Source: Paraspadella gotoi
Lineage: Eukaryota; Animalia; Chaetognatha
Direction of reading: 5' to 3'
DNA length: 64,000 nt
Assembly (NCBI GenBank): GCA_051294375.1
Contig: CM119264.1
Location: 17,372,278-17,436,277 of the forward strand
In this document: positions 22,021 to 35,603 of the stretch, piece after piece
How positions within the stretch are numbered: the stretch's first letter is position 1
Layout: each line of letters starts with the position of its first letter
Translations under genes and position numbers: made by a program
The notes under the pieces: generated by a model
What the model was told of the DNA's origin: nothing
The model's input: only the letters and a program-made list of their open reading frames with translations
The model's database searches: none

Positions 22021-25000
22021 TCTAACAGAGGGATATCTCTGTTGTGATGATGGTTACCCTGATTATACATGACATCGGTTACTATAGGTTCAGTGGATAA
22101 TTATTCAGTGACTTACTTAATGGTTTGAAGGCTACTTGACTGGCTTCTTGGTAAGACTAATGAACTAGAGAGTTAGGCTTGCAATGTATTCAAGTATAGA
22201 CCTATGAAAAGATAGCAATTACATGTTATTATCTTAATGGATGCTAAACCTAAGTGTTGAGCTAGCAAGAGCATAGTGGTTCAAAACCGACCCTTGTAAT
22301 CCTAGCTGACTAAGGGATAATTCTCTGAGAATATATTTTCTTTACTAAACATAGAAAGGTCAGCTGGAATTACAAAATAATTAAAGTAATAAACTAGCAA
22401 TTATGACAATTAAATCATTAATTATTTAGCTATTAATTGAACCACAAATAAACATGATCATTTACTAATGTAAAATAATAATATTAAACCTTTAAGGTAA
22501 TAGAACAAAAATTTATCAAAGCTTAATCAGAATACGACAATATGCAAATGAGATTGAGGATCTCAATCTCATTTCAGACAATTCACAATTAATCTGCTAC
22601 AGAGCGTCACAACCACGGGAAATTAAAACGTCCTCATTTTATAAAGTTCTTGACAAAACGGAGTAGCAGGCCAAACGCAATGAATGAAAGTTCCTTTAGT
22701 GTAAGAGAGAAACGATGAGTGGTTGGCGATAAGATGACCACAAATTGTAGATAGAAATTAACGATTGATGAAAGGTTGGAGATAAAGAAAATTTGATGAT
22801 GAAGAGATCACAAATTGAAGAGCTGTCCAACTGCACATCTTGCGTCAAGCTAGCAGAAAGGGCAGCGACGAGAACATAAACGTGAAAAATGGTATATACA
22901 CAATAGTTTTTTTTGTTTTTTTGTTTTTTTTTTGGAAGAACAAATTTTATGATGTCGCAAATGGAAGAAGCACTTGAAAGTTTTTTTTGGTTTTTTTTTC
23001 TCTCTTCTTCTCTTTTTTCTTCTCTTTGTTTTCTCTTTTTCTTTCTTTTTTCTATCTCTTCTTTTTGGGAAAATGGAAAAAACGGCCTGACCAGTCAATT
23101 TAAATACCATTTTTGGGCATGATAAAATGAAAATTTCGATTGCGCTCTACCTCCGTTGGCTTCCCAAGACCCAAGCTTTCAGAATCTGCCCATATTGAAA
23201 TAATTTTTTTCGCCCATGACTATGCAGTTTTGAATAGAAGTGAAATATAAAGGAATCTTGATCGGAGCTTCGATTTGAACAATGCGCAACCCTAATTTCA
23301 CTCATCGAAAGCACTTATTTTTCCGCCTTAAAATGCAAAAAGGCGTGTCCGTTGGTGGCGCTGTCGCAGCCCAGATGCCCGCACTGCAGGCAGAGCCATA
23401 TCGTTGGCGTCATGGCCGAGGGGAATGAGTGGCGTCGAGACAAGAGTGCAGTCGCCCAAACGCCGATTTGGTTCAACGCCTTTTCAACGTCGTTAAAAGT
23501 TGATATACTTGTTAGCATGGGGGCAAATCATGCCAGATTTGACGGCAATGGTTTGAGTTCCGGAATCACCACCCGTCCCCGAGAGGGCGGGCGTGGCAGN
23601 NNNNNNNNNNNNNNNNNNNNNNNNTCTTGATCGGAGCTTCGATTTGAACAATGCGCAACCCTAATTTCACTCATCGAAAGCACTTATTTTTCCCGCCTTA
23701 AAATGCAAAAAGGCGTGTCCGTTGGTGGCGCTGTCGCAGCCCAGATGCCCGCACTGCAGGCAGAGCCATATCGTTGGCGTCATGGCCGAGGGGGAATGAG
23801 TGGGTCGAGACAAGAGGTGCAGTCGCCCAAACGCCGATTTGGTTCAACGCCTTTTCAACGTCGTTTAAGTTGATATACTTGTTAGCATGGGGGCAAATCA
23901 TGCCAGATTTGACGGCAATGGTTTGAGTTCCGGAATCACCACCCGTCCCCGAGAGGGCGGGCGTGGCACAACCCGCATTTGAGACGCTGGCCAATGGTGT
24001 CGAAGATGCCGCCCGACAAGACTTTTTTTTCTTCTTTTTCTTCTTCAATTAAAAAGTTTTCAGTAATAATAATCTATAGAGCTTGGATTAGGGAACGGCT
24101 GAATTGTATATAAAAAAAAGGAAACTCATTTAAATGTGGGTTAAATAAAACTTGAATGGTGATTAATGGAAATGGAGGAAACACACAAAAAAAAAATTTA
24201 ACTAAATTGAATGAAATTTAAAAAAAAAAATTTGAAACTGAAAGTCTAACGGTAGGCAGGCACTGATGAACGTAGTTGAGAACGGTAGAGAAAAATAAAT
24301 TGGAAAAAAGTTTGTTATGCTTTCAGTCCATATGGCCTCTTTATCTCATCTCCCCACAGAGATAAGCTCAGAAAAGGTGAACGAGCCAGAGCGACGAAAT
24401 AGACGTGATGAATGGACGAAGTAAACGAAGTGGACGGAATGAATAAACGATGAGAGTTGTAGACGGAGTAAGCACAGGAGAGCACCATTTTCGTGACGTA
24501 TTGTAGTAGTGGTTGGCCTTGTAGAGGTAGGGCGTTCTCCTAATGTGCTAGGAGTAGAGAGACGGTAATGAAGAAGCGACGTGGAAGTTGTTGTAACGAA
24601 GTTGTAGAGGGCTGGAACAGTCTCCTCCAACTGGGCCTATAATGGACACAGAAAATGAAAGGATGTTGAGGTACCAAAGAGTGACACTTTATTTGTGGGA
24701 TAAAGTTGCATTAACCAATACTGCCACTATTTCTCCAAAGTTGTTGCTGTCATTAAGCCGGGAGAACGGCGTGAAATAAGATGATTTACCTTTGTGATGA
24801 AATAGTGTTCCAAATGAGTAAGACTTGAGAGAGAGTTGACACATGTCAAAAGAATGAGTAGCCTGTAAGTGATTCCGTTAAAGCATTTTTAAATTTTCAA
24901 ATGAAATTCTAAATAGTTAACTAGAATGAATAAGCCTTAGTTTTTTCATCTTGGAAACTGAAATTCCAAAACCGGTCAATGCACCACTCTAACAGAGGGA

Positions 25001-26990
25001 TATCTCTGTTGTGATGATGGTTACCCTGATTATACATGACATCGGTTACTATAGGTTCAGTGGATAATTATTCAGTGACTTACTTAATGGTTTGAAGGCT
25101 ACTTGACTGGCTTCTTGGTAAGACTAATGAACTAGAGAGTTAGGCTTGCAATGTATTCAAGTATAGACCTATAAAAAGATAGCAATTACATGTTATTATC
25201 TTAATGGATGCTAAACCTAAGTGTTGATCTAACAAGAGCATAGTGGTTCAAAACCGACCCTTGTAATCCTTGCTGATTAAGGGATAATTCTCTGAGAATA
25301 TATTTTCTTTACTAAACATAGAAAGGTCAGCTGGAATCACAAGAATAATTAAAGTAATAAACTAGCAATTATGACAATTAAATCATTAATTATTTAGCTA
25401 TTAATTGAACCACAAATAAACATGATCATTTACTAATGTAAAATATGGCACAACCCGCATTTGAGACGCTGGCCAATGGTGTCGATGACGCCGCCCGACA
25501 AGACTTTTTTTTCTTCTTTTTCTTCTTCAATTAAAAAGTTTTCAGTAATAATAATCTATAGAGCTTGGATTAGGGAACGGGTGAATTGTATATAAAAAAA
25601 GGAAACTCATTTAAATGTGGGTTAAATAAAACTTGAATGGTGATTAATAGAAATGGAGGAAACACAAAAAAAAAAATTTAACTAAATTGAATGAAATTTA
25701 AAAAAAAAAATTTGAAACTGAAAGTCTAACGGCAGGCAGGCACTGATGAACGTAGTTGAGAAAGGTAGAGAGAAATGAATTGGAAAAAAGTTTGTTATGC
25801 TTTCAGTCCATATGGCCTCTGTTATCTCATCATCTCCCACAGAGATAAGCTCAGAAAAGGTGAACGAGCCAGAGCACGAAATAGACGTGATGAAATGAAC
25901 GAAGTAAACGAAGTGGACGGAATGAATAAACGATGAGAGTTGTAGACGGAGTAAGCACAGGAGAGCACCATTTTCGTGACGTATTGTAGTAGTGGTTGGC
26001 CTTGTAGAGGTGGGCGTTCCCCTAATGTGCTAGGAGTAGGGGACGGTAATGAAGAAGCGACGTGAAAGTTGTTGTAACGAAGTTGTAGAGGGCCGGAACA
26101 GTCTCCTCCAACTGGGCCTATAATGGACACAGAGAAATGAAAGGATGTTGAGGTACCAAAGAGTGAACCTTTATTTGTGGGATAAAGTTGCATTAACCAA
26201 TACTGCCACTATTTCTCCAAAGTTGTTGCTGTCATCTAAGCCGGGAGAACGGCGTGAAATAAGATGATTTACCTTTGTGATGAAATAGTGTTCCAAAGAG
26301 TAAGACTTGAGAGAGAGTTGACACGTGTCAAAAGAATGAGTAGCCTGTAAGTGATTCCATTAAAACATTTTTAAATTTTCAAATGAAATTCTAAATAGTT
26401 AACTAAGATGAATAAGCCTGAGTTTTTTCATCTTGGAACTGAAATTCCAAAACCGGTCAATGCACCACTCTAACAGAGGGATATCTCTGTTGTGATGATG
26501 GTTACCCTGATTATACATGACATCGGTTACTATAGGTTCAGTGGATAATTATTCAGTACTTACTTAATGGTTTGAAGGCTACTTGACTGGGCTTCTTGGT
26601 AAGACTAATGAACTAGAGAGTTAGGCTTGCAATGTATTCAAGTATAGACCTATAAAAAGTTAGCAATTACATGTTATTATCTTAATGGATGCTAAACCTG
26701 GGGATAATTCTCTGAGAATATATTTTCTTTACTAAACATAGAAAGGTCAGCTGGAATCACAAGAATAATTAAAGTAATAAACTAGCAATTATGACATTCA
26801 AATCATTAATTATTTAGCTATTAATTGAACCACAAATAAACATGATCATTTACTGATGTAAAATAATAATATTAAACCTTTAAGGTAATAGAACAAAAAA
26901 TTATCAAAGCTTAATCAGAATACGACAATATGCAAATGAGATTGAGGAACTCAATCTCATTTCAGACAATTCACAAATTAATCTGCTACA
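22021..26990 (-). mobile_element. Tandem array of the non-autonomous LTR element (LTRs 22021-22601, 24988-25445 partial, 26469-26990) bounded by AGAG target-site duplication
   Basis: AGAG at 22017-22020 and 26991-26994; PBS beside both inner LTR ends; spans the gap at 23600-23624. Confidence 0.78.
23600..23624. other. Assembly gap (others at 32775-32789, 50237-50261, 57242-57266)
   Basis: Runs of N. Confidence 1.
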
Positions 26991-28563
26991 AGAGAAAACG
27001 GGGCGACTTATAAAGAAGGTTGGAAAGCGTCCTTGTCCAACGTTAGACGTGAGAAAAGAAAAAAAGGGTGGATCTAGCAGCGGCGAGATCGCGCTAGAGG
27101 GAAGGAACGGCAGGAGAGATCGAGCCGGACAGAAAGAGGGAGAAGGGTGGGTGATAAAAGGCTTCGTTGAGGTCAGAGATAAACAATTTGATCCACTTGA
27201 CCTTTGCCTTTCTTCCTTTCTTTTTCATGTTCATCCAAATTCCTCGCCATTGCTTTGGCTTCAGTCATTGCTGTAAGGCTTAGCGGACGCCCTTGCTTCG
27301 AGGTTCCACCTACAGTTAGTTTTTTGCCGATACCTCAGCCAATGATTTCCGTGCAGTTTTGCAGTTCGACCTTAATCAATACGTTAGTTAAACAGTGAAC
27401 TTGAGTTTGCTTTATTTATGATTTTTTCCGGTTTTAGTTTTTGCTTCAATAGCAAGACTCTTTATTTTTAGACGTTTAAATTTCTTAATTTGTTTTGTTT
27501 TGTGGAAGAGTGGCTTAAATGATTTAATTAACCTTTTTCTATTCAAAATACAAAAAGGAGGCCGATTTTCTTCATTCACCTCAGTTCATACGATCGAGGG
27601 TTTATGTGACGCCCAACCATTAATTATTACCATCTCACGTCTCCCTTCCCTGCCATCTCGCTTATGGCCACCTGAGTCCAGTTATGGTCCCTCTTCTTTA
27701 CCACCTCTCTCTCTCTCTCTCTCTCTCTCCTCCCATTCTTGATCGCATGTGCCCCCTGGAATCTTTATTAGTGAAACGGAATAATCGCCTTTTCCTTGCT
27801 AGGAGTAAGGGTTTGCTTGATTGGAATTCATGAAGCCGCGATCGCAAAAGAACACGTGCTTTAAAATATAGTCACGTTCAAATAGACAAACGAAGAAATA
27901 CGAGGAATTAATGGGTCGAGGTTTCATTTATAAGTTCCCACTAAGATACACCCAACAAACTAAACTAAAAATCACGAAGGAGGCATAAGCTTTACTGAAT
28001 GTTATTAACTGTATGATTATATCCTTTTTGTCATGATTAAATTAAAATTTAATATGAATAAACTTCCCTTGGGACTGAGCCAATGATCCGCGCCGACAGG
28101 GACTTTGAATTCTGCTCTTAACATTAATCAATAGAAAAGAACACAAAAATTCTTCCTCTTTGAAGTCGGGACTCGCGAGATTAAAAAAAAATCATTTTTC
28201 TCGGGAAAAATTTTTTTTTCTCTTTCGCCCTTTGAATCTCGACTCGAGACGAAATTGTGAGAAGCGGGGAAAGTGAGAAGCGGAAAGCAAAATAGGAGAA
28301 GCGATTTTTATTCACCTTTTGCCCTTCATTCGTATTTTTTTTTCCTCCCAGGCGATTAAAGGGGCGCGATTTCTTCTAACTCTCTCTCTCTCTCTCTCCC
28401 TCACTTCTTTTTCTCTTTTTCTTTCTTTCTTTCTTTTTTTCTTTCTTTCATTTTTCTTTCTTTATTTCTTTCTTTATTTCTTATTTTCATTCACTTCTTT
28501 TTCGTTTATTCTTCTATTTCTCTTTTTCTATCATTCTCTCTCTTTCTCTCTCTCCTCTCTCGT

Positions 28564-28613
<50 letters not shown>

Positions 28614-29797
28614 TCTCCCTTATCCTGTTTTAACGCTCGACTTTTTTATTCATTTTTTATGGATGTTTTGACCCTCTGAGCCCCTCGATTTTTTATTGAG
28701 CTTCTAATTCCGCCTACTATTCGCGTCTTCTCATTACGCATCCTTTTCTTCTCCCTTCTCCGCCTTAATCATCCTCGAATCGGAGCCTCCTTATCCTCCC
28801 TTCGCTCGTCCTTATCTTCATTCACCTCATTCCTTCTTTCTATCTTTCAATCCTTTTGTTCTCTTTACTTTCTTTCCAATTTCTTCCTCCATTCTTGGTC
28901 TTCTTGCTATCTTATCTTGCTTTTTTTCGTCTTTTCCTTCATTCTTTCTATTTTTTTTTATACATTCGTTTTTTCTTTATTTTTTTCTTTCCTTATTTCC
29001 TTTTTTTTAATTTTATCTCTCGAGATTTGTTTACATTCTTTCAAACCCTTGTACACTATCCCTTTAAGTTCTTTCTTCAACCTGTTTTCCTTACAGTTTT
29101 TATAACTTTTTAGTTTCTTGGTCCGGCCCTCTTCTCTCAAGATTGTTTTCTCCGCAGTCTTACGCTTTCCTCCGAGTTCCCATCCCCTTCATTTTTTCTC
29201 AACCTTTCTCTACCTTCCTTCAACACGGCGAGCCCATTCTTTAACCTCGGCTTCATTAGTTACTCTTTTGTCGCCCTATTTTCCCTTAACTATTCTCTCT
29301 AATCTCTTTTTTTCTTCATTGTCAACTTTCTCATTCAGGTCTCAGCCTCATTTGAAGTTCTCATCGACTTTGCATGATTTCTTTTCCGAGAAATCAGTGC
29401 AGTGATTAACGTTGCGGTTTCAGATTATACATTAGTAATTTGCTGATAATAATGATTAATTGTTGACTGAAACTATGGGAAATAATCAGTGTTATAAGTT
29501 TGAAAAGATATTATAAGCGGTATACAAATTCTTATCATCAGTTTTTTTTGTTTTTTTTTAACTCTCAAAGAAATTTGAATAATAATAATAATAAATATTT
29601 GAATATTAGTTAGTAGTTAAAGTATATAACGTTGAATTCCCCTTTGTCTAAAAATGGTGCCCTCCTTTCCTATTTTTCCATCCAAACAAAGACATCGATT
29701 CGCATAAATTTCTTCGGTTGTGAGGAATCGGCCTCTTCTCACTTCACGCGCCGCCCCTCTCGCGTCTCTGTCTCCGGAAGTGACCTCTCTTACTCTA

Positions 29798-29845
<48 letters not shown>

Positions 29846-31404
29846 CTGCTACGCGAACGTCAAAAACCTTCCCCACTCTTTCGCCTTCTGACGACCCGAA
29901 TTTTGGCCTCTCAATCCCTGGCACGTTTTTTTTTAATTTGTCGTTGTTGTTGCCAAGTCTCTTTCCAATATATGTAAAGCTTTATTTAAAACGCTTCGCA
30001 AATATTTATAGAAAATAATTGTATTTATGTATTAATTTAATCTTTAAATTTATATATCAATCGTAGTCAAACTTCATGCTCGTTAGATTTTAGTGTAAAT
30101 GTAATATTCCTCTCTCGAACGTCTACTCAAGAGGTAAAAGGAAAAAGTCTTCTCGCGATTAAACTAAAAGATCAATTCTCAGAATCTTTTGTCGTTCGTG
30201 AAAGAGAGACAAGTCTTTTCTTCAGTTCCCTCTCTGGTTCGGACGTGCTTAATTAACAAGCGCTCCGTCTTTCCACCAACAAAATTCCCAAAAGAAAAGC
30301 ATCTCACTTAATAAATTAAACAAAGAAACGAAATATTGGTGACCATCAAAATTGGTAATTCAATCGCCAGGATAAAGGAGCGGAGACATGCATCCCGTTT
30401 GCTCACATATTCAACCGCCATGTCATTCCATTCTACCAAAAGAACAATAAACATAGAGTTTAAACTCAAACAAAATGTGGTTTTATCAACGAGCAGAAAA
30501 AAAGCTCCAAGAAAGAAAAAGGGAATATCGAGGATAAGTTCAAATCAAATTATGAGATAAAACGAAGGAGGTAGACCGACCGGGAAGAGATAAAGACAAA
30601 GAAAAATAATAGAATTAAAGCGATAAAAAACTAGAAGCGGAAAGAAATGGAAAGAAAACATTGATTAAGCAGGAAATAGGAAAAAAAAGAAATAGAAAGG
30701 AAAAGAAATGAATTACGAAACGCGAATCGATCGGAAGAAATTGAAAAAAAAAAATAAAAGGGAAAAAATGCTTGAAAGTGAACTTAGAAATTCAGAAAAC
30801 AGCCTCTGTTTGGATATAATGAGGTAAAAAAATCAATATATGGTATTCTGAATTTCTGCAATTAACCGCAAAATAGAGAATCTGAAATATACAACGGGAC
30901 AAAAATAGCACTGCTTTGTTCTATTTTTCTTTTTCTCTCTTTTTTCTCACTTTTATCCGACTTTTCGAAAAAGTTTCTGTCCGAGTCACGTCCCGGAGGT
31001 TCGGGACGGACGACCATGATGACGAAAGCGAAGACGATTCGAAGATGACGACGACGTGGGCGACGGCGGTGACATCGACGGCATATTTCATTTATTTAAC
31101 TCTTGTTTAGATTTATTATTTTAATCACGATGAAAGTTGACGAAATTAAATTCCTCGAAAATCAAATATAAAATGCGAAAGGTTTCTGGGCAAGTTCTTT
31201 AACTCAATAACGCCGGTGGTCAATCTCTATAACGATATAAATTTATCGCGATATTGAATAGAGAAGGAAACGGTGAAACATCGAGAACATTAAATAGCGG
31301 GATTGTTAAAACCGCATAAAACAAGGGAAGCCTCTCTTGCCCAGAAGCAATTAGAATCGGTATCAAGGGATCAGCATCGGCGAAGGGCGTATCTGCCAAG
31401 GATG

Positions 31405-31680
31405 AGTGGGTGTCGGTGAGAGGAGAATCTAAAAGGATGAGGTTGTCGGCGAGAGGAGAATCTAAATGGGGTGAGAGGGTGTTGGTAAGAGGAGAACCAA
31501 AAAGGATGAAACTATTATGAAAGAGTGTCGGTAAAAGGCATGTTAAAGGAGAATCTAAAAGGATGAGAGAGTGAGTCTCTGAAAAAAAAACGAGAATCTG
31601 AAAAAGAGAAGAGAGGTGTCGGAATGAGGAAAACGTAAAATAAATTACGTGTTGTCGGTAAGAGGAGAATCAAAAAAGGC
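31405..31680. repeat. Degenerate ~32-38-bp tandem repeat (GTGTCGGTGAGAGGAGAATCTAAAAGGATGA), about 7 units
   Basis: TGTCGG..AGAGGAGAATC motif recurs at 31411, 31444, 31480, 31525, 31616 and 31653. Confidence 0.7.
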
Positions 31681-34600
31681 ACAGGATATACCTTAAAATG
31701 AAGACATATTATGGGAAAAGAGAGAAAAAGTTCACAATAAGAAGATGAAGCAAAGAATGTCCGGACGCCCGTGCGGGTAAGACCGAACGGAGAGTACAGC
31801 CAGGGATTTTAAAACGACTCAAGAGAGCGGGGGAAAAGAAAAGAATGAAAAAGCTACAACCCCGACTGTATCAATATTCAAGCCTTTCAAGGTCGTCCCT
31901 CGCATATGAATCGCTCACGTCGTCGTCGTCGTCGTCTATCGAAAAAGCCGCCGTCGTCGTCGTCGTCGCTTTTGTTGGTTATTGCACCAGATATTATTAA
32001 GCTCTGGCGCATACAGAAGTGGTTGAAACTTTCGTGCTGAAGCTTTCTTTTTTTGGAGTCATCGTCGTCGTCGTCGTCGTTATTGATCGCTTTCGTATTC
32101 ACGGCGGTCGTTGTCTTGAAAGTTCGTCGTTTGTCAGGAGGCCGACAATTTTTTTCTGGCCGAAAAGAAAGAGTCATTGCCTTCAACAGCGGCGAACGAG
32201 CTTGACGTCCGCCCTTTCCAACGCCACGCCTCCGATTCCTCGAGTCTCCCCATCGCCATTTTTCCTTAACTTCCCCTTTCGCTGCAGTCACATCGCCTCC
32301 ACTTGGACAAAAATCCAGTTTCGTCTTATCCCCGTTATTTTATCCGTTTATTTACTTTGTATATATTTATCTTCAGTCTTCACCTTCATCCACATCCTCT
32401 TTCCCATCCCCAACTCCATCCTCAGCCCCATCGCTATCCCCCGTCTCCATTTATAAAGTCGACCCCTGTATTCACTTCTTCGGCTCCCAACTCTCCGGCC
32501 AACAAAACCACTTCGGGCTGACGCCGTCTCTCTAAATCGCCTCTCATTAATTTCCGACACTTCCCCAACGACGGCGCCTCTCGCAACGACGCCGCCGCAT
32601 CTCTCAACGCCATGGGCCATTCAAAGCCACCGTCACGGCCAACGCCATTGAAACCGTTGCCAACGCCACGTTCCTCACGCCACCGACTCTTTCCAACGCC
32701 AACGTCGTTTTCAACGCCATCGATCATCCCGATTCTCATCGCGTCTTCGTCGTCTCGCCGATGAAAAAAAAAAANNNNNNNNNNNNNNNAAAAAAAAAAG
32801 GGGAAAAAAAGCAAAGATAAAAATAAGCGACAAAGACAAATTTTACCTCCGACGGACTCGTCACAGATCTCACTTTCGTCGCTGACGTCGGAAAAGCATT
32901 GGTTATTACGCTCGTAATCGTCGTCGTTGTCGTCGTCGTCGTCGTCGTCATCCTCCAGGTAATCGTCGGCTTCTCACAGCGCCGTATCCATTGTTGAAAC
33001 GCGACTCATAATGAACCTCATCACATTTTTATGAGATAAATAAAAACAAAAGAGTCGGCCGGAGCCGTGGGCTATCGTCGGCCTCAAATCGCTCCGAGTC
33101 TTAAATCATAATTACGAGTTCGAACATTAATGGTTTTAGGAGAGACGAGAGCGGGGAAACAATAACTGGTCATTTAGAGCGAGGTTGGGGTCGGAAGAAT
33201 GGTGTCGAACAAACGCACCTGGATGAAGGCCAAGTTTAAAAATATGTGGGATATTCTTTTTACTTATTAAAGAGAAAAGATTAATTTCTCTGAAAACTTG
33301 AAGAGCAGGTCATTCACACGAGCCCGACAGCATAACCTTTATATATCAAAGGAGGAAAAAAAAAAGTATCATGGCCGCTATAAACTTTATCTCTTTAGGT
33401 ATGGACAACGACGACCAGGGTAAAACGAAAACGAGGGACGACGAAAACGACGACGGCGACGACGACAGCGACGAAGAACATGACGAGGACGTCGGACATC
33501 GGCGTATCATGAAAAGGGAAGGCAGAAGGGATGGGGGGGGAGAGAAATAGAATATCTTAGAGCGCCTTGCATCTAATTCACCGTCATCAATCACGAAGCA
33601 GAAAAGAAGTGAGAGGACATTGAGTGAGAAGGACGTGTGGAGGAGGCGAGAGAGAAAAAAGAGAGAAACGGAAAGGGAGAAAAAAAAATTCTCTCGCGCG
33701 ACGCGTGAACGAAGACAAAAAAAAACAAAACAAAAAAAACAAAAGGACGAAACTGGAAAAAAAGGAAACATTTCGTATTTCATTAGAGGAAGAAAGAGGA
33801 ATTGTCACGTATTCTATAAATCTATATTTTTAATGTTTTTTTTTTGTTTTCTTTTATCATCATCTTTGTTGTCTCATTTTTTGATTGATTTATTTTTTAT
33901 CACTCTTTTTATTTATCAGTTGGTTGAGCAAAGTTTTTCTTTGTTTTGGTCAATTTCTTCGTCGTCCTCCCGGTCGGTCGACCAAGCGACGCCCACACTA
34001 GGCGACGCCCACTTTGCGCGTTCCAATATCGACAAGTTTTTTATGTTCGCGTGTGCAGTTGTGCGTCAGTATGTATCTGTGCGTGCAAACCTGCGATAGT
34101 CTAGCTCTTTTATTTCGATCCACTTGCGCTATTGATAAAAATATTTTTAACGTGTCTAAATTCATGAAGCTGTTCAAATGTTGTTCCATGCGATCAGTCG
34201 ATTTAAATAGAATAATAGTTAAAGTCAATGTTTTGGGAAAGCATTTTAAATATAAAACAAAAAAGTATTATTCATATATGTATTTTACGAGGACATTCAA
34301 AAAGTTATGTTTAATAGCCCGAACCGACTTGTTCTTTCCGCCCTTTGAATTTCCCCTTCTGCAATTCCCCGCGTCTTTCCAACCTCCAAGCCGTCGGCGC
34401 AGGAACTTTTTTTCCATTGGAGCTTTCTGCGCCTCTTATGTCCGACCCACTTATTCAAATGAGCTTCGCGTAAATTCACTGGACTCTCGTCCAGCACTTT
34501 TTCTTCCTTTTTTCTGTTTTCAGTCTTTTCCCCCCTTCACCCCCCCGTCTGGAGTTTTTGTTTTTAAAAATAGCAAATCTGTTTCTAGAAACAATATTGA

Positions 34601-35297
34601 AATAAATATAAAAAAAAACACTTTGTAAGGTTTACTGCATGTAGTAATTTACATTTACCATTAATGTGAGTCACTATTAACCAACCATAATCCAATACGT
34701 GGCCCAATTTGAGAAGGAAACGTATACATGTTTTTACTTTCATTTATCTTTCTCTTTCGGAAACTCAAAGTTTCGGCCTCGTTCTCGCCGACCAATAGGA
34801 AAAGCCGAATACAGGGATTGGACCAATTAGCGATCTCCCCGTCTATTTTTTTCTCCTTCGCTTTCCCCACTAAAACATGACGAAAGTCTTCGCAACTCAA
34901 CGCTGACTCAGAGAAGTAGATTATAAAAAAAAAATCTTGGAAACAAAACATCACAGATGATTTTAAAATCTCGCCAGATAAAATTTTTTTTCTTCACTTT
35001 TCTCATCGCTTCGTTTTTCATGTAAATCAACGTCTTCTACCCGAATGCTAATTAGTATTTGATTCGTTTCAAATCCCTTTTCTCACGACTGCTTTAATTG
35101 ATTCGGCATTCGCGGAGATATTCAAACTACATCAGCGCCTCTTTTCTCGGGACGAATAAAATTCATTACGCGGGAGAGAAATAAAAAGAGAGGTGAGAAG
35201 AGAAAAAATGGAGAAGTGTGAAGATGGTAGATAGGAAATTAGATGGTGATTCAACGATTCTTTTTGTTTAGAGACAAGTTATAATTAAAATGGTATG

Positions 35298-35528
35298 GTG
35301 GACAAACATTCACCAACCGTTCATCAGTGGCCATTGGTGCCGGAGACAAGTCATTCGTCTCCCAACCCAAAGGTCCGGGGTTCTAGCCCGGTGGCCGCCT
35401 AGCAGTTAAGAGGGACGGGGCGCTTAACCCGCCTGTAACTCGGTGTTACAGACTGATCCGAAGCTCAGGGACTGCTTATATTGAACGGTTCTGTCACTTA
35501 CACATAACAATAATTACTGTCTCTTCAA
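35298..35528 (+). mobile_element. tRNA(Gly)-like SINE immediately upstream of SARAF
   Basis: Dispersed, diverged copy of 14774-15004. Pol III A-box-like and B-box (GGTTCTAGCCC, 35379-35389) motifs. Confidence 0.78.
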
Positions 35529-35603
35529 TGGCATTCCGTTGTATAGTTTCATGTTTTTGTTAACAGTTATTACTGCGAAGCGTCAAAGAACTCGAACTAT
35601 TTC

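Larger units (their letters stand above)
19228..23598 (+). repeat. Near-identical ~4.4-kb duplication of 12580-16961
   Basis: Colinear copy containing the MITE, exons, hammerhead, SINE and LTR. Differences are mostly single-base indels; it ends at a 25-N gap. Confidence 0.95.

Noticed and set aside
31405-31680. CRISPR-like array
   Set aside because: Eukaryotic context, degenerate units, no unique constant-length spacers, no cas genes.
35327-35398. Functional tRNA-Gly gene
   Set aside because: D and anticodon stems pair poorly, and it is fused to a ~130-bp body shared with dispersed copies; it is a SINE head.
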